Source: an uncultured Pelagibacteraceae bacterium (GTDB taxonomy: Bacteria > Pseudomonadota > Alphaproteobacteria > Pelagibacterales > Pelagibacteraceae). Taken from it: a DNA stretch of 64,000 nt. A program made the position numbers and the translations under genes. Positions 1 through 11,256 of the stretch are shown here, piece after piece; position 1 is the first letter of the stretch; each line of letters begins with the position of its first letter. The notes under the pieces are model-generated. The model made no database searches and had not been told where the DNA came from. It was given only the letters and a program-made list of their open reading frames with translations. The stretch is taken from positions 6,977 through 70,976 of the forward strand of contig CACPGV010000001.1 in NCBI GenBank assembly GCA_902633595.1, in the 5' to 3' direction.

Positions 1-1
1 T

Positions 2-325
2 CTTGAAGAAGTATCATTTGATATGAGGTCAAAAAGAAATACAAGGTTAAGAGTTGCAACAAAATATCCAAATCTAACTAATGACTTTTTAATCTCAAGA
101 GGGGTTACACAGTACAAGTTAATACCAAGTTTAGGAGCCACCGAGACTTATCCTTTTATAGGTTCTTCAGAAATTATTACTGATATTACTTCTACTGGTA
201 AGACTCTCTCTGATAACAATTTAAGAGTACTAAAAGATGGAAAGATTCTAATTTCAACGGCATGTTTATTTGTGGCAAAAAAAAAAGCTCAAAACTTACA
301 GTCTTTTTTAAATTCTTTGGGTTAA
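2..325 (+). CDS. hisG: ATP phosphoribosyltransferase, short form (5'-truncated by window edge)
   Basis: RVATKYPNL, GATE and DITSTGKTL..NNL motifs; frame is open from position 2; no C-terminal regulatory domain. Confidence 0.9.
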   Translation, partial: LEEVSFDMRSKRNTRLRVATKYPNLTNDFLISRGVTQYKLIPSLGATETYPFIGSSEIITDITSTGKTLSDNNLRVLKDGKILISTACLFVAKKKAQNLQSFLNSLG

Positions 326-391
326 GTGAAATTACATTGTGGTAATTTTAATAAAAATTGTTTAATAAACATCATTCATTATTAAATATTT

Positions 392-1081
392 ATGTTGTCA
401 GAATTAAAAATTTTTATCGGCTATGATAACAGAGAAAAAATTGCTTACCACGTATTATCTCAAAGTATTATTGAAAATTCGAGTATACCCGTATCTATAA
501 GTCCAATAAATTTAAAAAATCTAAAAAAAATTTATAAAAGAAAAAAAGCAAATATACATAGCACCGAATTTTCTATTTCTAGATTTTTGACACCCTACTT
601 GTCAAATTATAAGGGCTATAGCCTTTTCTTAGACTGTGATTTTATAATGTTGGGTGACATAGCTGATTTATTAAGAATTATTAAAAGAAATAAGAAAAAA
701 TCAGTTTGGTGTGTCAAACATAAAGACTATTCAAAGAATTTTAAAAATAAAATAAAATTTCTAAATGAAAAACAACTTCCATATAAAAATAAGAATTGGT
801 CAAGTTTCATGGTATTTAATAACGAAAAGTGTAAAATTTTAACTCCAAAGTTGGTTAGCAAAGCATCAGGTCTTTATTTGCATCAATTCAAGTGGACAAA
901 TAAAAATAAAATTGGAGCACTACCTTTAAATTGGAATGTGCTAGTCGGTGAGCAAAGAATACCAAAAAAAATTAAGGCCATTCATTATACATCAGGCGGT
1001 CCATATTTTCCAAAATACAAAAATTGTGATGGATCTAGACATTGGTATAAATATAAAAAAATACTTATGAAACTAGGATGA
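392..1081 (+). CDS. GT-A fold glycosyltransferase (CDI/GT8-like)
   Basis: IFIGYD.RE, STEFS.SRFL.P, DCD (DxD), KNWSS, GLYLHQF.W, WN.LVG and HYT.GGP motifs. Confidence 0.8.
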   Translation: MLSELKIFIGYDNREKIAYHVLSQSIIENSSIPVSISPINLKNLKKIYKRKKANIHSTEFSISRFLTPYLSNYKGYSLFLDCDFIMLGDIADLLRIIKRNKKKSVWCVKHKDYSKNFKNKIKFLNEKQLPYKNKNWSSFMVFNNEKCKILTPKLVSKASGLYLHQFKWTNKNKIGALPLNWNVLVGEQRIPKKIKAIHYTSGGPYFPKYKNCDGSRHWYKYKKILMKLG

Positions 1082-1082
1082 T

Positions 1083-1871
1083 ATGAAAAACTATAAATAT
1101 ATAGAAACCCCAAAAACTCTTAATTCTAGAATAAACTTTAACAATAAATTTGGAAATTTTAATTTATATAAATTCATAGATAAAAAATTTAAAATTCAAG
1201 CAGGACAAAAAATTCTTGATTTAGGATGTGGAGATGGAAGGTATTGTGAGCTTTTCTTAAAAAAAATAAAGTCTAGTGGACATCTAATTGCATTAGACAA
1301 AAATCTAGAATTAATAAATAATTTAAAAAAAAAAGATAAAATCAAAAAAAAAAATTTTTCAATTATCAAAAGAAATTTTGATGCTAAATGGGGAATAAAA
1401 ACAAAAATAGATTGGTTTTTTTCCATATACGCAATTCAATATACTAAAAATTTTAAAAATTTATTGAAAAAAATAATTAAGATATCAAAACATAATACAA
1501 AACTTGTATTCATTGCACCTGGGAAAGAAAATTCAAAACAACTAAACGAATTGCATTATTTAGTATTTAATAAAAGACCTGCCACTTTATATGTTGATCG
1601 AATGAAGTTTCTAGAAACAAATGTTCTTAAAATTTTAAAAAAAAATTTAAAAAATAAGAAAATTTCAATAACTAAACATAATTATAAAATTAAGTTTCCA
1701 TCGCCAATTAGCTATGCGGAATATTATTGGTCGACTCCAGTGTGGACCGATGTTACAGTTAGATTATCAAAAAAAGAAGTATTATTAAAAAAGAAAAAAA
1801 CTCTAACTACTATAAAGGATAACAATTTTAGTGTTTTAAAAAAACAAACAGTTTGTGTTTATTGCAGATAG
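1083..1871 (+). CDS. Class I SAM-dependent methyltransferase
   Basis: ILDLGCGDG motif I and acidic motif II (IALD); starts 1 nt after the GT stop. Confidence 0.8.
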   Translation: MKNYKYIETPKTLNSRINFNNKFGNFNLYKFIDKKFKIQAGQKILDLGCGDGRYCELFLKKIKSSGHLIALDKNLELINNLKKKDKIKKKNFSIIKRNFDAKWGIKTKIDWFFSIYAIQYTKNFKNLLKKIIKISKHNTKLVFIAPGKENSKQLNELHYLVFNKRPATLYVDRMKFLETNVLKILKKNLKNKKISITKHNYKIKFPSPISYAEYYWSTPVWTDVTVRLSKKEVLLKKKKTLTTIKDNNFSVLKKQTVCVYCR

Positions 1872-1891
1872 TTTTAATACTTTAATTGATT

Positions 1892-1923
1892 AAAAAAACT
1901 CCTCGAAGAATTTTTCGAGGGTT
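1892..1923 (-). terminator. Intrinsic terminator-like hairpin
   Basis: CCTCGAA(1901-1907)/TTCGAGG(1914-1920) stem; A7 at 1892-1898 gives a U-tract on the minus strand. Confidence 0.55.
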
Positions 1924-2058
1924 CTAATTTTATTAAATAGATTTACTTAGAGGCCTTATCTAAATGAAAATGAATTACATTCTCATTCACTAATTGAATA
2001 ATTATTGTTTTATCTGATATTTTCGAAAATCCTTCATCACTATTTTTTTAGTGCAAAT

Positions 2059-2090
2059 AAAAAAAAAGGGCAGTAAAAACTGCCCTTTTT
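2059..2090. terminator. Bidirectional intrinsic terminator after groEL
   Basis: GGGCAGT-AAAA-ACTGCCC stem-loop flanked by A9 and T5. Confidence 0.9.
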
Positions 2091-2116
2091 GAATTTTTGT
2101 TTGAGATTAATTGGGA

Positions 2117-3793
<1,677 letters not shown>

Positions 3794-4090
3794 TTATTTT
3801 TTACTTTTTGATATCCCCATTATGTCTGATTCTTTCATAATGCTATATTCTTTACCGTCAATTTTAACTTCAGTTCCAGACCATTTTCCAAAAAGAACTA
3901 TATCTCCAACCTTAACGTCCATTGGAGCAAGTTTTCCCGATTCATTCATGGCACCGGGACCCGCAGCTACTACTTCACCTTCTTGTGGTTTTTCTTTAGC
4001 TGAGTCCGGGATAATAATTCCACCTGAAGTTTTTTCTTCAGAGTCTAGTACTTTTATAAGCACACGATCGTGCAGAGGTCTAAATTTCAT
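3794..4090 (-). CDS. groES: Co-chaperonin GroES
   Basis: [21 protein letters not shown]; AGGAG RBS upstream. Confidence 0.99.
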   Translation of the reverse strand: MKFRPLHDRVLIKVLDSEEKTSGGIIIPDSAKEKPQEGEVVAAGPGAMNESGKLAPMDVKVGDIVLFGKWSGTEVKIDGKEYSIMKESDIMGISKSKK

Positions 4091-4125
4091 ATGTATTTTC
4101 TCCTATAAATTTTGATGTAGTGTTG

Positions 4126-4153
4126 ATATGGTGTGTTTTGATTAGATTTCAAG
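4126..4153 (-). promoter_or_regulatory. RpoH (sigma32)-type promoter of groESL
   Basis: Minus strand reads CTTGAA-N16-CCATAT, about 35 nt upstream of groES. Confidence 0.75.
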
Positions 4154-4230
4154 GGGCAAAAATCATTAAAAAAGCCAGTAAATGCTGTATTTTGTGAGGG
4201 AAAAAAAGTTATAGAGAGCGAATTAATACA

Positions 4231-5037
4231 TTGAAGGAACTTAAACATCTATCAGAAGTATATAAAAATTACGACACATTTGTAATAGATTTGTGGGGAG
4301 TAATTCATAACGGAGTGAAATTAAATTCAAAAGCTATAGAGGCTGTTGATTTTCTCAATAAAAATTCAAAAAAAATAGTTTTTCTATCTAATGCACCGAG
4401 ACCTAGTTCTAAAGTTATTAATTTTTTATTAAAGATGAATATGGACAAAAAATATCTTTCAAACGTAATGACATCTGGAGAAGCCGCAATGCATGCAATT
4501 AATCAAAATAAATTTGGAAAAACTTTTTTTCATCTTGGCCCGCCTAGGGATACCTCTCTCTTTGAAAAACAGAAAGATAATAAAACTGAAATTGAAAAAT
4601 GTGACTTTATTTTATGCACAGGTTTATTTGATGATCACGATAAGGATATAGATTTTTACAAAAAATTTTTACAAAAACAAATTTCTAAAAAACTTGTTTG
4701 TACTAATCCTGATTTAACAGTTCACAGAGGAAATATCGAAGAACTTTGTGCAGGTTCTGTAGCTAAAGTATTTGAGGAGCTTGGTGGAAAAGTTATTTAT
4801 TACGGAAAACCACATAAAGAAGTTTACAGCAAATGTTTTAATGAGAGTGAAAAAGTTTTAGCTATAGGAGATAACTTAAGGACAGATATTAAGGGAGCTA
4901 ATAATTTAAATATAGACTCAATATTTATCACTGAAGGTGTTCATCGACAAGAAATTAACGATATGTCAAAACTTGATGCTGTTTTAAAAAAATATAAGGT
5001 GAAAACTAATTTCTTCCAAAAAGAACTTAAGTGGTAA
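4231..5037 (+). CDS. HAD-superfamily class IIA hydrolase (TIGR01459-like)
   Basis: DLWGV motif I, SNAPR, NPD, GKP, IGDNL.TDI.GA; TTG start. Confidence 0.9.
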   Translation: MKELKHLSEVYKNYDTFVIDLWGVIHNGVKLNSKAIEAVDFLNKNSKKIVFLSNAPRPSSKVINFLLKMNMDKKYLSNVMTSGEAAMHAINQNKFGKTFFHLGPPRDTSLFEKQKDNKTEIEKCDFILCTGLFDDHDKDIDFYKKFLQKQISKKLVCTNPDLTVHRGNIEELCAGSVAKVFEELGGKVIYYGKPHKEVYSKCFNESEKVLAIGDNLRTDIKGANNLNIDSIFITEGVHRQEINDMSKLDAVLKKYKVKTNFFQKELKW

Positions 5038-5038
5038 A

Positions 5039-5947
5039 ATGAAAACTTACAATAATTTAGACTTAAATCAAAAACACCGGGGAGGTGTAATAGCAATTGG
5101 AAATTTTGACGGAATACATTTAGGTCATCAAAAAGTTATTAATGAAGCAAAAAAGAAGTCCAAAAAAAATAAATTACCTTTTGGCTTAATGACTTTTGAG
5201 CCAGTACCAGTAATGTTTTTTAATAAAAAAATAAAAAATCATAGAATAAGCTCGTTAGCACAAAAAAAAGACCAACTTAAAAAATTGAAATTAGATTTCT
5301 TAATTGTAATAAAGTTTAATAAAAGTTTTTCGTCTTTATCTGCTGAAGAATTTATAAAAAAGATAATTCATAAAAAAACTAATTGTAGATTTTTATATGT
5401 AAGTAAGAATTTTAGATTTGGATTTAAGCGAAAAGGCAATGTTGAAACTCTAAAGAAATATGAAAAAAAATATAATTTTAAAAATATAATCGTTAAGCCC
5501 TTTAAAACGAAAAAGAAAACAATCTCTTCAACAATTATAAGAAATAAAATAAGAAAAGGTCAAATTGTAGAAGTTAATAAATTATTAAATCGTAAATGGA
5601 GCATTGAAGGTAAAGTTATTAAAGGTCAAAAAAGAGGTCGTAAAATTGGCTTTCCAACATGCAATCTTAGTCTAAATAGTTATGTCATACCTCGACTTGG
5701 CGTTTATGCTGTAAAAGTAGAAACTAACAATATTAGTAATAATGGCATAGCAAATATAGGTTATAGGCCAACCTTTAATGGACGAAATTTATTATTAGAG
5801 ACAAATATATTTGGAATTAACAGAAATTTATATAATAAAGTAATTACTGTTGGATTTAAAAAATTTTTAAGAGCAGAAAAAAAATTTAAAAATATTGAGT
5901 ATTTAAAGAAACAAATAAAAATTGATATCAAACAAGCTAAAAAATAA
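5039..5947 (+). CDS. ribF: Bifunctional riboflavin kinase/FAD synthetase
   Basis: IGNFDGIHLGH, ISST.IR, GRKIGFPTCN, GYRPTF. Confidence 0.97.
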   Translation: MKTYNNLDLNQKHRGGVIAIGNFDGIHLGHQKVINEAKKKSKKNKLPFGLMTFEPVPVMFFNKKIKNHRISSLAQKKDQLKKLKLDFLIVIKFNKSFSSLSAEEFIKKIIHKKTNCRFLYVSKNFRFGFKRKGNVETLKKYEKKYNFKNIIVKPFKTKKKTISSTIIRNKIRKGQIVEVNKLLNRKWSIEGKVIKGQKRGRKIGFPTCNLSLNSYVIPRLGVYAVKVETNNISNNGIANIGYRPTFNGRNLLLETNIFGINRNLYNKVITVGFKKFLRAEKKFKNIEYLKKQIKIDIKQAKK

Positions 5948-8673
5948 TGTCTAAAGATACTCTTCAACTTCCTAAAACAGCTTTTTCAATGAAAGCCAGT
6001 CTGCCTACTAAGGAACCAGAAATTTTAAAAAAATGGGAAAAAAATAAAATTTTTGAGAAACTAAGAAATAATTCTAAGGGAAAAGAAAAATTCGTATTAC
6101 ATGATGGCCCACCCTACGCAAACGGACATATTCATATGGGTACAGCCCTAAATAAAATTTTAAAAGATATTATTACTCGATTTCATCAAATGAATGGCAA
6201 GGACTCAGTTTACGTACCCGGGTGGGATTGTCATGGATTACCAATAGAATGGAAAATTGAAGAACTGTATAAAAAAAAGAAAAAAAATAAAGATGAAGTT
6301 CCAATAAAAAATTTTAGACAAGAGTGTAGAGAATTTGCTAAACATTGGATTGAAGTACACATAAAAGAGTTTAAAAGGTTAGGGGTATTAGGTGATTTTG
6401 AAAATTATTACTCCACAATGAGCTATGAAGCTGAAGCTCAAATAGTAAGAGAGCTAGGTAAATTTCTATTAGACGGAAGTTTGTATCAAGGTTTTAAACC
6501 AGTTCTTTGGTCTACAGTTGAAAAAACTGCTCTAGCAGATGCAGAGGTAGAATATATGAATCATACTTCTAATACCATTTACGTAGCCTTTAATGTCAAA
6601 GAAACCAAAAAGGATTTTTTAAAAGATACAAGTATAATTATTTGGACTACAACACCTTGGACTATACCAGCTAATAAAGCTTTAGCTTTTAATAGTAGTA
6701 TAGAATATTCAGTTTTAGAAATTGATGATCTTGAGAATTTTAAAGAAAAAAAAATTGTTGTAGCAAAAAACTTAATTGACACGATTACTAAGGAATGTGA
6801 AATAAAAAATTACAAAGAATTAAAGACTTTCAAAGGATCGGAGTTTCAAGGAACTATTTGCTCTCATCCATTTGCTAAGATGAATTTCGATTATGATGTT
6901 CCAATGCTAGACGCTCAGTTTGTTAATCTAGAACAAGGGACTGGAATTGTTCATTGCGCCCCTAGCCATGGTCCAGATGATTTTAATTTATGTTTAAAAA
7001 ATAACATACCTTCTCTGTACACTGTCGATAATGCTGGTCTTTATACTAAAGAAATACCTTACTTTACTAATACTCACATATTTAAAGCTGATCCAATCGT
7101 TATAGAAAAGTTAAAAGAGCAAAAAAAATTACTTAAAAATGATAAACTTAATCATAGTTACCCTCATTCGTGGAGATCTAAAGCCCCTTTAATTTATAGA
7201 GCAACACCGCAGTGGTTTATTTCTATGCAAAAAAACGATCTTAGAAAAAAAGCAATTAAAGCAATTAATGACACTAATTTTTTTCCAAATAAGGGAAAAG
7301 AAAGATTATTATCTATGGTTGAAGGAAGACCGGATTGGTGTGTTTCAAGACAGAGAGTTTGGGGAGTTCCTTTACCAATTTTTATAAATAAAAAAACAAA
7401 AGAGCCTTTAAGAGATCAAAAAGTAATAGATAGAATAGCAAATATTTATGAAGAACAAGGATCTGATTGTTGGTTTACGGATGATCCAAAAGTGTTTCTG
7501 GGAGATGAATATAATCCTGATGATTATGAGAAACTAAAAGATATTGTTGAAGTTTGGTTTGATAGCGGATCAACACATAGTTTTGTTTTGGAAAAAAGAA
7601 AAGATTTAAAATGGCCTGCCGATATGTACTTGGAAGGATCCGACCAGCATAGGGGCTGGTTTCACTCGTCTTTATTGGAGTCCTGTGGAACAAGGGGCAA
7701 AGCTCCATTTGAAAGTATTCTTTCGCATGGGTTTGTTGTTGATGGCAAAGGTATGAAAATGTCTAAATCAATGGGAAATGTTATTTCTCCTGAGGATATT
7801 TTGAAAAATTATGGAGCGGATATTCTCAGAGTGTGGGTTGCAGCCTCTGATTATGCTGAAGACTTAAGAATTGACAAGAGTATTTTAACTCAACATGCGG
7901 AGTCATATAGGAAAATTAGAAATACTTTTAGATTCATGCTTGGAAATTTAAAAGATAAATTTGAAAAACAAAATTTCGAAAAATTACAATTGAATGATTT
8001 TGATGAACTAGAGCAGTATATCTTACATAAAATTTATAATATTAATAAATCTGTTGAAGATAATTTAAAAAATTATAATTTTCATAAATTATATAAGGAC
8101 TTACTCAATTTTTGTACTTTAGACCTTTCATCTTTTTATTTTGATATAAGAAAAGATGTTCTTTATTGCGATAGCACAGATTCTAAAAAAAGAAAAAATT
8201 GTGTAGTAGTTTTAAATATAATTTTAGAAAGCTTACTTAAATGGTTTGCACCTATTCTTGTATTTACTACTGATGAAATTTTTACTTTAATAAATAAAGA
8301 GAATAAAAGTATTCACGAACATTCTTTTGTAGAAATCCCGAAAAATTGGGAAAACAGAAAATTAAATGAAAAGTGGGAAAAATTATTTGAAATTAAACAA
8401 GAAGCCAACGTAGCGATAGAGGGAAAAAGATCCAGTAAGGAAATTGGATCAAGTTTAGAAGCCCAAATAAAATTAACAGTAAATAAAAATAAATTTGAAT
8501 TATTAAATAATCTAGATTTGGCTGAATATTTTATTACATCTAAAGCAGAAAAAATATTGTCAGAAAATGATGAAACAACAATTGAAGTAAGCAAAGCTGT
8601 TGGAGAAAAATGCCAGAGATGTTGGAAAATTCTGGAAAAAAATTGTAACAGACCAGATTGTCCACTTAAATAA
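5947..8673 (+). CDS. ileS: Isoleucyl-tRNA synthetase (type 1)
   Basis: HDGPPYANG, HMGT (HIGH-type), GWDCHGLP, WTTTPWT, KMSKS, C-terminal CxRCW. Confidence 0.98.
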   Translation: MSKDTLQLPKTAFSMKASLPTKEPEILKKWEKNKIFEKLRNNSKGKEKFVLHDGPPYANGHIHMGTALNKILKDIITRFHQMNGKDSVYVPGWDCHGLPIEWKIEELYKKKKKNKDEVPIKNFRQECREFAKHWIEVHIKEFKRLGVLGDFENYYSTMSYEAEAQIVRELGKFLLDGSLYQGFKPVLWSTVEKTALADAEVEYMNHTSNTIYVAFNVKETKKDFLKDTSIIIWTTTPWTIPANKALAFNSSIEYSVLEIDDLENFKEKKIVVAKNLIDTITKECEIKNYKELKTFKGSEFQGTICSHPFAKMNFDYDVPMLDAQFVNLEQGTGIVHCAPSHGPDDFNLCLKNNIPSLYTVDNAGLYTKEIPYFTNTHIFKADPIVIEKLKEQKKLLKNDKLNHSYPHSWRSKAPLIYRATPQWFISMQKNDLRKKAIKAINDTNFFPNKGKERLLSMVEGRPDWCVSRQRVWGVPLPIFINKKTKEPLRDQKVIDRIANIYEEQGSDCWFTDDPKVFLGDEYNPDDYEKLKDIVEVWFDSGSTHSFVLEKRKDLKWPADMYLEGSDQHRGWFHSSLLESCGTRGKAPFESILSHGFVVDGKGMKMSKSMGNVISPEDILKNYGADILRVWVAASDYAEDLRIDKSILTQHAESYRKIRNTFRFMLGNLKDKFEKQNFEKLQLNDFDELEQYILHKIYNINKSVEDNLKNYNFHKLYKDLLNFCTLDLSSFYFDIRKDVLYCDSTDSKKRKNCVVVLNIILESLLKWFAPILVFTTDEIFTLINKENKSIHEHSFVEIPKNWENRKLNEKWEKLFEIKQEANVAIEGKRSSKEIGSSLEAQIKLTVNKNKFELLNNLDLAEYFITSKAEKILSENDETTIEVSKAVGEKCQRCWKILEKNCNRPDCPLK

Positions 8674-8676
8674 AAA

Positions 8677-9177
8677 ATGAATTTATTAACTAATCTAAAA
8701 GAAATAAAAAATTATTTCTTTAAAAAAGAAAATATTTATTATTCTGTACTAATTATAATTATTTTTTTTTTAGATAGATATTCAAAATTTACCATAATAA
8801 ATAATTTTAGTGAAAGAACTCATTATGTAAATAAATATTTAAATTTAGATTTAATTTGGAATACTGGAATAGGTTTTGGTTTTTTAAGCACTGACTCATC
8901 GTTATTATATAATTTGGTTACCGTTACCGTTGGAATAGTAATAATATTTTTATTATATGTTTTTGCTCAGTCAGAAAAGATAGATAAATTTATATATTCT
9001 ATTATTATAGGTGGTGCTTTAGGAAATTTTTTTGATAGATTAGCGTTTAAAGCAGTACCTGATTTTATAGATTTAAACTATAATAATTTTCACTGGTTTA
9101 CTTTTAATGTTGCAGATATATTCATTACAATAGGGATTTCGATTTTTATTATAAGGAGTTTTTTTATAAAAAATTAG
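8677..9177 (+). CDS. lspA: Lipoprotein signal peptidase II
   Basis: NTGIGFG, GGALGNFFDR, V.DFI, FNVADI; follows ileS. Confidence 0.95.
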   Translation: MNLLTNLKEIKNYFFKKENIYYSVLIIIIFFLDRYSKFTIINNFSERTHYVNKYLNLDLIWNTGIGFGFLSTDSSLLYNLVTVTVGIVIIFLLYVFAQSEKIDKFIYSIIIGGALGNFFDRLAFKAVPDFIDLNYNNFHWFTFNVADIFITIGISIFIIRSFFIKN

Positions 9178-9180
9178 ATA

Positions 9181-9489
9181 ATGAAAAATATATACTTTTT
9201 ATTAATATCTACTTTTCTTTTAGTTTCTTGCGGAGGCATGAAAGATGTAGGCAAAGTTTTAAGAAATGAAAAAATTAAAACAACAGATGAGTTTTTAGTA
9301 AAAAAAAGAAACCCTCTTGTTTTACCTCCAGACTTTGAAAAAATTCCTGAACCTGGATCTATATCTGAAACAGAAGAAGATGAAGATGAAAAGATTAAAA
9401 AAATTCTTAAGGTTCCAAAAACAGATAACATCACCAAACAAAAGTCGTCCTCAATTGAAGAGTCAATTTTAAATAGAATCCGTAAGTGA
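9181..9489 (+). CDS. Lipoprotein, DUF3035-like
   Basis: Lipobox LVSC; DEFLV.K..PLVLPPDF..PEP motif. Confidence 0.8.
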   Translation: MKNIYFLLISTFLLVSCGGMKDVGKVLRNEKIKTTDEFLVKKRNPLVLPPDFEKIPEPGSISETEEDEDEKIKKILKVPKTDNITKQKSSSIEESILNRIRK

Positions 9490-10703
9490 TTAGTAAAGAT
9501 TTACAAATAAAAGATAATATTCAATCTAAAAAATTAAAAATTGATTTAGCAAAAAAATTATCTAAAAAATTTGATAAAATTTTTTTAGAAATAAAAAATG
9601 ATGTTAAGAATGCTAACACAACATTAAACGTTCTAGACAAAAATTATAAATTTAATTTTAATATTAAAGATTTAAAACAATTTAAAGAGTTTAAATCAAT
9701 TGTTATAATAGGTATGGGAGGATCTATTTTAGGAGCAAATGCTATATATAATTTTTTTTTGACTCAAATGAAGAAAAAAATTTATTTTCTTGATGACCTT
9801 GACGAAAGTAAAATTTTGGATTTAAAAAAAAAAGAGAATTTTTCTAAAGTGCTTTTTATAATAATCTCAAAGTCTGGTAACACAATAGAAACACTGTCAA
9901 ACGTTTTTTCGTTAAACATTCTAAAAAAAAATTCAAAAAATATAATTATTATTTCTGAAAAAAAAAATAACTTGTTATTTTTGCTATCAAAAAAATTAAA
10001 TTTATTTCATATAGAGCACAAGAGCAATATAGGGGGAAGATACTCAGTTTTATCTGAAGTTGGTATTGTTCCTGCATATTTGATGGGATTAAATATATTT
10101 AAATTAAGATCACGATTACTTGTTTGTTTAGAAAAAAAAAATAAAATATTCATAAAAAGCAATACAATAAAACTCGCAAACTTAATGAAATCTCATAAAT
10201 TTAATAATCTTGTTTTATTAAATTACTTTCCTGCGTTAGATAAGTTTTTATATTGGAGCCAGCAACTAATAGCTGAAAGTTTAGGTAAAAAAAATAAAGG
10301 TTTTTTACCAACGGTTTCCAAAGCTCCAAAAGATCATCATAGTTTATTACAATTATATTTAGATGGTCCAAAAGATAAAATATTTAATATTTTTAGTTTC
10401 GAGAAAAAAACTAAAGAGAAAATTAATGTTAGTAAGAATTTTGGAATTAATATATTTTTTGACAAAAAAAAATTTAGTAATATAAAAAATGCCCAAAAGA
10501 AAGCTCTAATAAAAACATTTACAAAAAAAAATATTTCCTTTAGAGAATTCAAAATAAAAAAAATCAACGAAGAGATTTTAGGCGAATTGTTTTCTTTTTT
10601 TATTATTGAGACAATTATTGTTGGAAAATTGTTAAATATAAATCCTTTTAATCAACCTGCTGTTGAGCAGGTAAAAATTCATACAAAAAAATTGCTTACT
10701 TGA
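9486..10703 (+). CDS. pgi: Glucose-6-phosphate isomerase (compact form)
   Basis: GMGGS, SKSGNTIET, GGRYSVLS, QLIAESLGK, PFNQPAVE; GTG start. Confidence 0.9.
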   Translation: MISKDLQIKDNIQSKKLKIDLAKKLSKKFDKIFLEIKNDVKNANTTLNVLDKNYKFNFNIKDLKQFKEFKSIVIIGMGGSILGANAIYNFFLTQMKKKIYFLDDLDESKILDLKKKENFSKVLFIIISKSGNTIETLSNVFSLNILKKNSKNIIIISEKKNNLLFLLSKKLNLFHIEHKSNIGGRYSVLSEVGIVPAYLMGLNIFKLRSRLLVCLEKKNKIFIKSNTIKLANLMKSHKFNNLVLLNYFPALDKFLYWSQQLIAESLGKKNKGFLPTVSKAPKDHHSLLQLYLDGPKDKIFNIFSFEKKTKEKINVSKNFGINIFFDKKKFSNIKNAQKKALIKTFTKKNISFREFKIKKINEEILGELFSFFIIETIIVGKLLNINPFNQPAVEQVKIHTKKLLT

Positions 10704-11256
10704 AAATACCAAATAAAATTTTTGATCTACCGTATTGTTTAGTTTCAATTATTTCTAAAAAGTCTATTAATTCATCTTTTGAACTCTTCTCTCTATGAGT
10801 AATCACAACGTGATTTTTGTGAAAAAATTTTTTTTCTTTTATAATTTTTATATTATTTAGATAATTAAAGTCTTTAAAAGGCGGATCAAAAAAAAAAATA
10901 TTAAATTTCTCTTTCATATCTTTTATTAAAAAATCTTCAATTTTTGATAAAATAATTTTTGATTTGTTTAATATAGATAATTTACTTAAATTTTGTTTCA
11001 ATATACTTGAGGCTTTTAAATCTTGATCAACAAAAGTTACATGCGATGCCCCTCTAGATAAACATTCAATTCCAAATGATCCTATACCACAGTATGTATC
11101 TAAAACATTTGAATTTTCAATATCGATTTGAATTTTATTTGAATGCTTAAGTACATTAAAAATATTTTCTCTGACACTATCTTTAAGTGGCCTTGTATTG
11201 GAGTTTTTTAAAAATTCAATGGATTTTCCTTTTAATACTCCGCTAATAATTCTCAT
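10696..11256 (-). CDS. rsmD: 16S rRNA m2G966 methyltransferase
   Basis: MRIISG, TRP..D.VRE.IFN, ECLSRGA, DPPF. Confidence 0.92.
   Translation of the reverse strand: MRIISGVLKGKSIEFLKNSNTRPLKDSVRENIFNVLKHSNKIQIDIENSNVLDTYCGIGSFGIECLSRGASHVTFVDQDLKASSILKQNLSKLSILNKSKIILSKIEDFLIKDMKEKFNIFFFDPPFKDFNYLNNIKIIKEKKFFHKNHVVITHREKSSKDELIDFLEIIETKQYGRSKILFGIFK

Noticed and set aside
329-371. Short inverted repeats after hisG (AAATTAC-N6-GTAATTT; TGTTTA-A-TAAACA)
   Set aside because: AT-rich and weak; cannot be told from chance
4091-4230. CIRCE/HrcA operator upstream of groES
   Set aside because: No TTAGCACTC-N9-GAGTGCTAA seen; only an RpoH-type promoter
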